From Podarcis pityusensis (Eukaryota): DNA of 64,000 bases. The first letter of the stretch is position 1, and each line of letters begins with the position of its first letter. Below are positions 47,108-59,092 of this stretch, piece by piece. The stretch lies in NCBI GenBank assembly GCA_964106645.2, contig OZ067044.1, one strand, 5' to 3'. Position numbers and translations under genes: made by a program. The notes beneath the pieces were generated by a model. It worked only from the letters and a program-made list of their open reading frames with translations, was not told the origin of the DNA and did not search any database.

Positions 47108-50100
47108 GGGTGGAAGTCCTTTTTGGCTCAGTAAGACCGGCCTGTGATTCCACTGTGCCATACTAGAAAAGGTGAATCCAGGCGCATTCCAAAGAAGCAG
47201 ATGTGTCACTAAGGGTGATTTCCGCTTGCTCTTAACTTCCTATTCAGTTGAGATATGTGAAGAGGGCTCCACACTTTAATGGCACGAATGGGTCTCCATC
47301 TAATTGAAGGGGCAGTGTAGTCATATCAGTAGCTTTGCCCCCACTTTTGCACAACTTATGTACATGCCCCTGATACCAGGAGGTGACTGTATTTGTACCA
47401 TAACAGTTTTGTTGCTTGAATGTGCCCTCCTGTGGTCAGCTAAGAGCAGAGCCACCCCCCAGATGCTGAATGTAATATAATAATAATAATCCAGAACCAC
47501 CGTTAATACAGCATGCTCTGTTTGGGATGCGAAACTTGCAATATATTTGACAATGGATGAAGGAGTGCAAAGGGCAGCTGCAATTCTTCTCATTGCTGTC
47601 TGCTTCCTCTGGCTTTTCATATCAATTTGCTTCAGTTTGTCCCTTCCAAAGGAAAGCCTTCTAGCACCAGACACTTCCTGATTGAGCTTGCAGTGACAAA
47701 TTTATGCCAGCTCACTGTGGTTTTGCAATGCGCTGTGTGAATCACAAAGGAAATAAGCTTCTAGCTATTTTAAGATTCCTTTTGTTGTATGTGTGTCCAT
47801 TTGATTTCGGTAGGTTCTTTCATGTTTCTCTTGGGCCGGGTACACAGTTGCTCACTATTGATGCTCCCCCAACCTTCATGCTTTTCCGAGTGGCTTTGTG
47901 CATGTATGCACACAGACACCATGGAATTTATGCTTCTGGGTTTGTAAACTTCCAAAATGGCACACACATTCAAAAGCAGCAAAAAAGGCGATCACTTTTT
48001 ACCTTAGGATATGCAAATATCTCAGGAATGGATGCTGGGTATAACGCTAATACGTTTTTAAGTCTTAAAATGTTTCCAACCTGCTTGTATTACTATGCAG
48101 AATATGTATTTCGGGTTCACATTCATTCTTCCCTACTTTAAACGAAGAAACACCAGGAAGTTTCCATTAGATTAAAGGACAAGTGTAGTGGCATGGTTGA
48201 ACCAACTAATGCTTTAATCTGTGAGACCTTAAGTTCAAGTAGACTTGATTTCACATTTTACCAGGCTTCACCTCGTTGGTAGTGCTAATGTTCCATTCTG
48301 GTATTGAAAGCTGCCACGTGGAATATGGACTCTGCATGTGTTACTAAGAAGTCACTGAAAAGATGTAATGCCCCTGCTTTGGAGTAAGGAGGATTTGTAA
48401 AAGTAATCTGGTAACAATAGATATCCAAGGTGATACAGGAGAACTAGAATGATAGTTCAGTGTCACTTGAGATGATGTTTTATAGAAGAAAATGAATTTG
48501 GGTGAAGCTAATAATGTAGATGCCACTTAACAGCCATAAGGTATTTTGGAAGGGAAAAAAAGAAAATACTAAAAGATGTGTGAGCTAAGTAATTGCAACA
48601 GTTTGGTCTTCCATCTATTGCATGCAGGATAATGGCCGTACACTCTTGTAGTAGTCCCTTATTCAGCATTTTAGTACCAAAATAATAAAATAAATACAGT
48701 TTTCCTTCTTAATCCAAAACTGTTGCTCACTGCAACTGAAAATCAGGTAGAATTGGGAATGGTCAGATGAGTTTAATCCTGGTTGGTGCCACTTGGCATA
48801 TATTCATTATAAAGTTCATTCCAGCCTGCTTCTGCACTAATGTGTGTTATTATTTCTAAAAAATCTACACTAAATTATCAAAAGAAAAAGAAAAAATCCT
48901 TATACTGTTACTAGGTGTTGAAAACCCCATCATCAGCTGACATTAAGGATACCATAAACATCAGTACATCCATCTTAAGTTAAATATATAAATTAAATAA
49001 ATCCTACAGATGTCCAAATAGGTTTCTACATGAAATTGATGGCCATATGACCTATGTTCAAACGTAGCCATCTCTTGGTGGCCATAAGGGCTCACGAAAT
49101 CCATGTTTGTTGTTCTGCAGTTAATTGCAAGACTACAGGAATATAAGCCTTCTGGTCACCTATATTTGTAGAAAAAAGAGCAACGTACACTCTGAAATTC
49201 CGAAAGCATTAAGAAACACCCATTGATTTCTGAAACTGATCCCATAATTATTTAACCAGTTTCATGATATTAGAAATTCGAGTAATTGTGGGTAACATTT
49301 TGTGATTACTGGCTTTGCTCTAATCATAAAATTGCATAAAGACACAAAGAGAGAGAACGTTGTCCTTTGGGTGGAATCTTGTCCTTTAGAGTTTGCAAAA
49401 GCTTCTACAAGGACACTGGTATGTGGTTTTTATAGAGAGAAAAGAGATGAAATAACGAGAGCATTGGTTAATATAGCAGGGCTCATTCCACTGTGGATTA
49501 AAAGTCAATTTTAAACACGCTGAAAAGAAATAAACAGTTAGGGTAGTAATTAAGTGTTGCCATTTTAAGTGGGAATTGGTTTTCACCCATTACGAGGTCT
49601 GTCCTTGTCTTCAGCTTTTTGAAAGGCTGCTGCACATGATGAAAAGTTTAACTTGTCAAGTTTACATTTCAAGGTAGAGTCTGGAATATCAAACACTGCA
49701 AGTGATAATTACGAGCACCTGGAAATCATTTGTACCTGGGGGTCAAGCAAAGCATTTCCTATTTAACAGATAGGGTGTTTCAACCTGTTGATCAATGTAA
49801 CAACAACTATTTGAAAAGATCACAGTGACATAGTTAGCAATGTCTTTGTTTGAATAAAGGGAACATCAAATATTATCTGTTGAATCACAAGGTCCCTGTT
49901 CATACTCACCCCAGTTTTATTTCAGTGTGCCAAATTCTGTTTCGTATCTCGGGAAAATACTGTGCAAAGCTGATTCACCAAATGATACATTAAGAAACCT
50001 CACTTATCTAAGAGCCATTCTACCTATTACACGGAAATAGTTGTTAGATGTGCATTCCAAATCATTTTCTCTCACGGCAGTTTATGAAGTGGTCCAGAAT

Positions 50101-50420
50101 TATTCTAGATCACATGTATAACAGCGTCCTTTTAATTATATTTACAATATACACTTGTAGTGAAAGGGATTGAGAAATTATGTATGTGAAACCATTTCTT
50201 TCATACGTGGGTGACAACCAGCTGTGGGATTGCCACAAAATACACACGCAGCTGGAATTTTGTCACAGAAGTGTTTTTTGGAGGCTAATGCAGTGCAGAG
50301 CTAGGATACGTTGGATTTCAGATTTGTGTTTTGTTGTTAAGTATGGGCACTACAATTTTGATTTAGCCTTGGCCCCTTTTTAGACTCTCAGAATATAAGC
50401 AGTAACCTTTGTAGGCTTTA

Positions 50421-50526
50421 GATTCAGGTAGGTAGCCGTGTTGGTCTGATTTGTCCAGTAGCACCTTAGAGACCAACTAAGTTTGTTCTTGGTATAAGCT
50501 TTTGTGTGCATGCACACTTCTTCAGA
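50421..50526 (-). mobile_element. Penelope-like element terminal-repeat fragment
   Basis: ggtagccgtgttggtctg...gtagcaccttagagaccaac...taagcttttgtgtgcatgcacacttcttcaga resembles recalled reptile Penelope termini and includes a hammerhead-like motif. Confidence 0.7.
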
Positions 50527-51232
50527 ACTTGGTAGACTTTCTAAAGAAAGCATATTTTGTACTGATTTTTGGACCTAAGAAGCTTTGAGATGTTAGTTTC
50601 CTAATTAATCTGTATAAGTGTTATCTTAAGTTACCAGCCATGGGAAGAGAAAACGCAGATTATTCTACACACTTCATTTAATGAAGATGGGTATTTTGAA
50701 ACACATTCTTGTACACATACATAATTGCTCCCCTTTCCCAATTTCCTTTCCCCGCTACCCCAGTTCCATGACTTTTGCTTTGCATTTGCTTATCAAACTA
50801 AACACTGAAGATTTAAGAGTTTCTGAAGAACCATATGCTGTAACTGATTTCCCAAATCCATCTTCTCTTCTCTTTTTTTCTTCTTTTTCAAAAGAGGCTT
50901 GCTTGGGGGATGGGAAGAAGCAGAGGAAAGCCATGGATATGATTGAAATTAGGAAGGATCTTTCTCTTATTTCATGATGTGAAGCATGTGTGGGCAAGGT
51001 TTTCATCTCTAGCAGTTATTTGCCCCATGCAAAGAAACTTGAAATGAAAATAACCTTCCAAATTAAAATAGAATGTGAAAGCTCTTGCTTAAAATCACAG
51101 TCGCAAGGGTATCAAACTCATAGCATGCTGGACGAATCTGATATTTAGAAAAATGTTTTTGTTACATCCTTCCTTTTTTTGCTGAAAGTCTCAAGATTCT
51201 TGCTTAACAATGAAACAGAAGACAATGTTTTA

Positions 51233-51377
51233 GGCTCCTATCAGTGGAGCATAAGATTCTTAATCTCAGCGTTGTGGGTTTGAGCCCTAGGTTGGGTAAA
51301 AGATTCCTGCATTGCAGGGGGTTCGATTAGATGATCCTCACGGTACCGTCAAACCCTACAATTCTATGATTCTATGA
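51233..51377 (+). mobile_element. SINE with tRNA-Lys(CTT)-derived head and CR1-derived 3' tail
   Basis: gattcttaatctcagcgttgtgggtttgagccctaggttggg resembles the 3' half of tRNA-Lys, followed by agattcctgcattgcagggg...caattctatgattctatga. Confidence 0.8.
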
Positions 51378-54300
51378 ATAACTCGGCTTCTAGGCCCTCG
51401 GGCAAACATGGATCTTGCTTAACTTTGAGCATTGAGAGGGAAATAGTAGACCCTAATGAAGGTAAGGTGTTTGAAATGTTTCCTATTTTTCATGTACTCT
51501 TTGACCTGAACCTTCCTCATATTCTCACGGCAAACTCATTATCAGAGTGAAGTAGGATGGAGTCACAGGCTGCCATCCTGCTCAAACTGTGCAAGAGTCT
51601 GCCCACTCCTATGTTTCTCCTGCCAGTGGGCAACACCACTGAGGAGAGGAACACCAATAAGACCACTTCAGTTGGTACAGTCTGCATACGCAAAAATTAA
51701 ATAGGTGTATATTGCAGTTGTCTTGACCCACTTCAGTCTTCTTCTGGTGCTCTATCTCTTCATTCCAGCCATGTTGAAGTGGCTGCCATGAAATGTGTAC
51801 TGTACATGCTTAATGTTAAGTACAATGTACTGGATATCTTCTTCAACTCTGCCCATGCCCAAGATAATGAAGTGTGACTTGTTTTATGCAAACCATCCAA
51901 GTCCATAGCATACCAGCTCAACAAGGCTTTGCTTTCCTAGGAATCTACAATGGTATCTGCATTGGTATTCCCAGTGCTAGAAAGATGATTGTGCCTCCAT
52001 CTATGATCAGCAAACACACTTGGCTTGACGCGTCCTAAATTCAATTGTCCAAGTGTCAACTATCAACATTTATTTCATGTTCTTAAGAATTTGATTGCTT
52101 ATGTGTGCAGGTCAGCATTTTCAGCCTCACAGTTATCTTACTGTCTTTTTCCTTGAAGATCCTTTTCTAAGAGTCTCTTTAAAAACATTTACAACAACAA
52201 GTACAACACAATATGGATAGTATCCTATGTAACCCTATCAAATCTGGCTGAAGGGTTCAGGTCCATTGTATAAAACAAGGAGATAACTTCAAAAGCAAGG
52301 AATATGTTGTAGCGAGGGAAAAGCAGTCAACTGAGAGAACCTAAAGATCAAAGGCAGAATATCTGATTTTAATGATGCAGAACATATGGTTTGCCAAAAC
52401 CTTTTGGATTAAAGCAAATAGCTAATGTAATCAAAGGGAACTGAGCCCTTTGTTTGGACCCAAAAGTAGAGTGTCAAAGAACAAGAGGCAAATGCTTTAA
52501 TTTGTGCTTCATGCCTTTTTTCTTTTCTTTTTTGCATGTCACACATGGAAAAAAAGAGCTTTAAAACAGAAACGTAGCAGGGTGGGTAAAGTTGCTTGCT
52601 ATGAAAAGCTAGCATGAGTTTCTGTAACTATCATTTTCCTTGTTGACAAACCAGTATTAAATTTATCAAGGGTGGTAAAGATGATGCCTGGGACAAGAAG
52701 GCCTAATAATAATAATAATTCTTTACCGATCATTTCATTGTTCATTATTTTTGTAAACTACTTTGAGGGTTTTTGTTTTCTACAATCAAGAGTTATAAAA
52801 TTTTTGTGAAATAAAATTAAATCATCATCACCCAGCGTGGACTTTTCAACATGCACCTGATTTTTTAAAAAATTAACAAGGGTGGGGAATAATCAAAAGG
52901 AAGAAAAGAAGGGGTGGGGAGGAGTAGTCGAAAAGGAGGAAGCAACAGTTAGGTTTGGAAATATGATTAAAAGTATATATTTGTAAAGGTATATAAGTTG
53001 TTTTGCTGTAATCCAGCCATAAGACTTTTCCATCCAAGATGGTTGCATTTCCTGCAGCGTTTGACCACAATTTGAGCTAACCTCTGAAACTGCCTGTGGA
53101 TCAGTGGTCTGACTCCAGAACTCTTGATCTTGTGAGGAAAAGACTGGTGTTAACCAGGGTAAGTGTGTTTGTTCTCTGTTGTGGCACCCACCATGTGGAA
53201 TGCCTTGCTGAGCAAAATGCGTCAGGCCCCATCCTTATATTACTTCAGGCGGTTGGTGGAAAAGACCTTTGGCTGAATGATCTTTTGCTGTCTTTGTTCA
53301 GTGTTTTGACAGCTGTTTGTCTTTCAGAATTCATGATTTTCTCCCCAGTTTCTCATGTTTGATTGGGGTTTAATTTGGGAATGGTTATTTGTCTTAAAAC
53401 TGCTATTATCTGATTTGTTGGCCTCCTTGGGAAATCAGGTCAGGTAGATTTTTAAAAAAATAAATAAATATGTAAAATGAGGCACTTCCCAATGTTCATA
53501 TGGTGCCAGTTTGTGAGAGCTGTTGCATTCTACTGTGTCACTTGTATAGCTGGTATTTAATTATGTTGTTTGCATTAGGGACTCCAGCTGGGTGCTTATA
53601 TGTCTCAGGTACTGCCCCAAGAAAGCATAGATCTTCTCCCTCTCTTTTTATTTTTGCCCTGATAATTTTGAGTTGGTTTTTTGGTACCAAATGGTGTGAT
53701 CAACTGAGCTATAGAAGTTAGCACTGAAATGCTGGCTTCTTAGAAACTGAATGGACCAGCCTAACCTTGAATCACATTTCTTTTAAATGTGAAGCTTGCA
53801 GCTGGAATGTGAAATCACTGAAAAAATGTTTAAAAAAATAAAAAAAAATCCTCCATGACCATTTATCATGACTCTCGTGCTGATGCTGGTAGTCAGAATG
53901 TAAATATCCTGTGCAAGCAACTCTCATTCTGTATTTTGCTGTCTCAGTGCTAGATGAAGGAGTGGCATCTGAAACTCATTAAACACCAAAAAAACACCAC
54001 CCTCCTCTCTACATCTTCAGAGTTATTCAACATCAGAAGGCTTCTTCTACTTCTGCTTTAAGCTAAACATACGTGGAGGTAAAAAAACAAAGGGGCAAGA
54101 CATAAATATCAAAGAGAACTTTAATAATGTATCATCACTACCTTTGCTTTATGATGTTTGAATAGATATGATTGCCTGGTCTTAGGTGGTGTGAGCTTTG
54201 TAGAAAGAAGCTCTTAAAGCTGTGCTGTGACAGACGTACCCTGGAGTAAGTCTGCATCAGCTGATCCATGATATTTATTTATTGGCTGCATTTATATCGC

Positions 54301-55281
54301 ACCTTTTCTTCAAAAGGCATGCTAACCTTTTCCACACCCAGCTGCTGTTGACACTGTTCTTAAGCTGTGCTGAAACAGCAGAACGTTGTTTCATACGATG
54401 TTCCACTTTTGAAAGTACCGTACTGAATAGCTATTCAATTTCCAGTGATGTTGGCTCACAATGTTGCATTGGACTTCACATATAATTCTGTAGCCTGGGT
54501 CTTCTGGATTGAAGAGCCACTGAATAATTCTTCAGTCTTGAAATCACTGTGCAAATAATGTTTACATGGGGCAGAAGAACTTCCATTATATAAATCTCCT
54601 GTTTATCCAGATTACGTTCTCCAAACATTTGGCATATATGTCAGGATGCTTATAGATGAGGGATGGAGGACCGGTGGCCCTCAAGATGCTGACGGACTCC
54701 AACTAATATCACCCCAGTTAGCATGGGCAATTGTGAAGACTGATAGGGTGTGGTGGGGCAAAATCATCTAGAAAGCCAGTGGCTCCCCATCCATGTTCTG
54801 ACCAAGTCAGTCCAACCTTCAGACCACAAAATAAAGGTAAACTGTGCCACTTCTGGTGCTGCTCTATGATAGTTCAGACTGTACATCAGCATGAGTCAAA
54901 ATAGGAGAATGCCCAGGTTTTGTTGTTCAAAACCTTGCTTCTTGTTGTGCCTTGGTAGGGGCAATTTCACACATTTTCAGTTGTGAAACCAGCTGTAAAA
55001 GAAGCTACATGTGCTATACATAGCTGTGTTTTCTTAGATTATTATTTTTTATTAGAACTGGATAAACAGCCATGAGCGATGCCATTGTACTGGCACACTT
55101 TTGAGAGGTGAAGATGGGTTAGGTGTTCTCAAGGCAAATGCAAGCCTCCATATATAGCTGCTTTGATTCTACCTCCAAAGACACCAGAACATTTTATGGA
55201 GATAGAAACTAATGTCTCAAATCATATGAAACTGATACATAGAAAAGACTTTACAACCTGAGAAAAGTGACAATGTATGTA

Positions 55282-55532
55282 CAGTTGTACCTTGGATCTC
55301 AAACGCCTTGGCTCCTGAAGAAATCGGCTCCTGAATGATCGAAACCAGGAAGTGAGTGTTCTGGTTTCTTAACGGTCTTTTGGAAGCTGAACGTCCATCA
55401 GGGCTTCTGCAGTTTTCAATTGGCTGCATGAGCTTCCTGCAGCCAATCTGAAGCCGTGCTTGGGTTTCCAAACGTTTTTGGAGTCAAGCGGACTTCCAGA
55501 ACAGATTCCATTCGACTTCCAAGGTACAACTG
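55282..55532. mobile_element. Tc1/mariner (Tigger-like) MITE
   Basis: TIR cagttgtaccttgga / tccaaggtacaactg, TA TSD. Confidence 0.9.
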
Positions 55533-55690
55533 TACTTTTGTAAACCAAGAAAAAAATTAATTATTTTTTTTTTTAAAAAAGAAATCATATAAAATATCAG
55601 ATGCACAAGATCAGAAGCTTGCAAACAGCCACTCAGCTCAGCAGTTGAGTGCCTATGAGCTTTAAAGAAAAAAGGAAAAAAGGGTATATA

Positions 55691-56047
55691 CAGTGGTGCC
55701 TCGCAAGACGAAATTAATCCGTTCCACGAGTGTCTTCGTCTAGCGGTTTTTTCGTCTTGCGAAGCAACCCTATTAGCGGCTTAACGGATTAGCGCTATTA
55801 GCGGTTTAGCGGCTATTAAAGGCTTATCGGCTTAGCGGATTAGCTGCTAAAAGGCTATTAAAGGCTTAGCAGCTTAGATAAAGGGGGGGGGGGAGCAAAA
55901 AAAATATCTCAAGACTCGCAAGACATTTTCGTCTTGCGAAGCAAGCCCATAGGGAAATTCGTCCTGCGAAGCAACTCAAAAACGGAAAACCCTTTCGTCT
56001 AGCGGGTTTTCCGTCTTGCGAGGCATTCGTCTTGCGGGGCACCACTG
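55691..56047. mobile_element. Tc1/mariner (Tigger-like) MITE with internal TTAGCGG repeats
   Basis: TIR cagtggtgcctcgcaagacgaa / ttcgtcttgcggggcaccactg, TA TSD; repeated ttcgtcttgcg subterminal motifs. Confidence 0.92.
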
Positions 56048-57926
56048 TATTGTAAGTTACAGTATTTGAGAGGGCTTCATCAGCTCCATTAATTAGTGAA
56101 TAAGATCTATTAATCAACTGATACTTATGTGATAGGCTTCTGGTGGTTTTAAATCTCAGAATAAAATTGGATAAGGCAAAAAAAAAAAAAAAGAATGATT
56201 AAATTGAGATTCAATTGAAAATCTGCTTATGTATTTGTATTCCTTGGGAAGCTCTAGTTATGCTAATCTCTAGTTATTTCACACAAGTCAGGATCAAATC
56301 ATATTTTATGATCCTGTGTTGTTCACTAACCATAGTTTAAAGTAACCAGAGTTTCCAAGTTTGAACTTAATGAGGGAACTCTGGTAACTTACCAAGCGCC
56401 TTAATATATAATCTCTCACAGAGATTTCTCTCCTTTCCGTACAGGTGTCAATAGAACAAATTAGAAGGGGAGAGGAATATTTCTAACCGGTGCTAGTGGA
56501 TTCCGTTACAGCTTTGTATGCCTTTATGCCATGGGAATGCAGAACATTCAGCTGTGTCCTTAATTAATAGCTTTAAAATAGGTGGTGCTTTCTTCTTATT
56601 TCATTATGACTGAGGCAGTGTGTAATCTTTGATGCTGAAGTCACTCAAGTACAGCGTTGGTAACCGGTCACAGTTTATTTACAGATGACAAACAAGCTAG
56701 AGACAGAAAAACAAGCTGTATTCATGCATTCCTCCCCCCTTGAAAAAATAAATAAATATCCATGTAGTTTTGGCATCTCCCGATTAGGACTAAGAGAGTC
56801 CCCTGCCGGAAGCCCTGCAGACCTCCTGCCATTTAGTGTGGATGGGACTGAGCTAGGTGGAGCAATGGTTTGACTTGGTATAAGGCTTCTTCCTATGTGC
56901 CTACACCCTCATACTTGAAGGGAAATGTTGACAGAGCCTCCGTTGTCGCTGTATTTCTTTGTGGTCAAATCCCTCCCCTAAAGGGAAAGGGGTGCCGCAT
57001 AATTGCAGAGTCCAATGTAAAAATATGCCACCACAAACTGAAGCATCATTTGAGCATCTTCCCTGAGTGCCGTTGGTTTTGCTCCTCGATAATTATATTC
57101 TTCATATATAGCATAAGTAACTCTTCCTATCACTGGAATGATTTGTTCTTTCTGAAAATAGCACCTTGCCACAAATTATAATTAAAGGCGTTAAAAGGCA
57201 TACTTGACTCTAGATATGGTAAGATGCGATAGATACTCAGTGTACAGATTCTGCACACTTGCAAATGAGTTGGGCTGGGGTGACCTGGTTGCAGTCCCTG
57301 GCTTACCATCTGTGATTCACTGTAATTTGTAGGAAAGCAGTCATTTAACACCTTTCAATATAACCACATTGAACTGCGAAGTGGTGAGTCCTGACTCTGC
57401 AGCCGCTGTTAACGTAGTTCTACAGACCAAAGTTCTTTCCTGTCTGCATCATTAACATCCCTGATGCACTGGAGAAGAAATAAACAAAGAGGACTTGTAG
57501 TGATAATGCATGTATCGCATTCTGCTCATGCTGCCATTTATATACAAAGTCACAACAATGATGTTTGCTTAGATACTGCACCCATTTTTTGAATGGGAAA
57601 TGAAAGGACAGCCTGGAAACTTGAACGTCCTCCGAGGTTTGGTAGCAACAGAGAAGGAAATTAAAACTGAGAACATAAGAAGAGACCAGCTGAATTGGAC
57701 CAAAAAACTCATCTTATCCTGCATCCTGTGACCAACCAGGTTCCTATTGAAAGCCAATAAGCAGGTCAATATCACTTTTCTTCTCGTGTTCCCCAGCAAC
57801 TGGTAACTACACTCCATGAGTGTAGAACCCCCTTCAAAACCATCTAAGTTGGTGGCCATTACTGCATCATTCATATGCTGCGTGCATTTATTTTGTCTGT
57901 TCTGAAGTAGATCTTTGTGATAATGG

Positions 57927-58374
57927 AGAGATTCCTGCATTGCAGGGGGTTGGACTGGGTGACCCTTGTAAAAGGTAAAGGGGACCCCTGACCATTAGGT
58001 CCAGTCGTGACCGACTCTGGGGTTGCGGCACTCATCTCGCTTTATTGGCCGAGGGAGCTGGCTTACAGCTTCTGGGTCATGTGGCCAGCATGACTAAGCC
58101 GCTTCTGGCGAACCAGAGCAGCGCACGGAAACGTCGTTTACCTTCCCGCTGGAGCAGTACCTATTTATCTACTTGCACTTTGACGTGCTTTCGAACTGCT
58201 AGGTTGGCAGGAGCAGGGACTGAGCAACGGGATCTCACCCCGTTGCGGGGATTCGAACTGCCGACCTTCTGATCGGCAAGTCCTAAGCTCTGTGGTTTAA
58301 CCCACAGCGCCACCCACGTCCCTCCAGGATGACCCTTGTGATCCTTTCCAATTCTATGGTTTTATAATTCTATA
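57927..58374 (+). mobile_element. CR1 3'-end fragment split by the Sauria SINE
   Basis: gagattcctgcattgcagggggttggact...[SINE]...gatcctttccaattctatggttttataattctat, with a degenerate ATTCTATG tail. Confidence 0.75.
57970..58322 (-). mobile_element. Sauria SINE, full length
   Basis: Reverse complement of the same family. TSD ggRtgacccttgt at 57957-57969 / 58327-58339. Confidence 0.94.
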
Positions 58375-58734
58375 TGTACCAGGCTTTCTGCATTGGCCTA
58401 CTAAAGGAAGTGGCGGGGAGGCAGAAATGAAGACAATGTAATGCAGAAATAACAAATATGTAAGACTCAAATGCAAATCCCAGCAACAGAGGTGATGTAC
58501 CTTCAGTAACAGGAGTGATGGCAGCAACTGAGATCAAGAATCAGCCATGGTTATGTTTCTTCTTCTTAGTAGACCTTTTATGCAACCTGATATCTGCGTG
58601 GTATCTTTTTTAAACAGAAGTCTTATTGGAATGTCGACTCCATCCTCCCACATTATGTCTCAGGACTTTTACCAGATGCAGACTGTTTGTGTTACCACCA
58701 GCCAAGTTTTTCCTTTCGCCCTTTTTTGTTATCT

Positions 58735-58868
58735 AGCCTGATGAAGAGTTCTGGAGAATTCAGAAGCTTGCACCTAAATGTGTGAAATTTTGTTTGCCCT
58801 AACAAGGACATTGCCCTAATATGGATTTCTTTGTCTTTACTTCTTATTACGTCACACAGTTACCCTTT
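58735..58868 (+). mobile_element. Penelope-like element terminal-repeat fragment
   Basis: ctgatgaagagttctggagaattcagaagcttgcac...tttgtttgccctaacaagg...acacagttaccc has the same layout as the 50421 fragment read on the - strand. Confidence 0.55.
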
Positions 58869-58914
58869 ACTTTTTGCTGTATGGTTGAAACTTAAGTGTA
58901 GAGCTGATAAAGAG

Positions 58915-59031
58915 TCTAGAAGGTGGCCTTGTTTAGGGAAGTTTTTAATGTCTGATGGTGTGTTGTTTTTAACATTCGGTTGGAAGCCGCCCAGAGTGGC
59001 TGGGGAAACCCAGCCAGATGAGCGGGGTATA

Positions 59032-59072
<41 letters not shown>
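58915..59072 (+). mobile_element. L2-type LINE 3' end with (AAT)n tail
   Basis: ggaagccgcccagagtggctggggaaacccagccagatgagcggggtataaata followed by (AAT)n. Older L2-like relics at about 20720-21160 (-) and 53100-53470 (+). Confidence 0.65.
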
Positions 59073-59075
<3 letters not shown>

Positions 59076-59092
59076 TTATCATCATCATCATC
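59039..59092. repeat. (AAT)n then (ATC)n microsatellite
   Basis: Read directly from the sequence. Confidence 0.95.

Noticed and set aside
51241-51297. Functional tRNA-Lys gene
   Set aside because: The 5' half and T-loop are degenerate and it is fused to a CR1 tail, so it is a SINE head.
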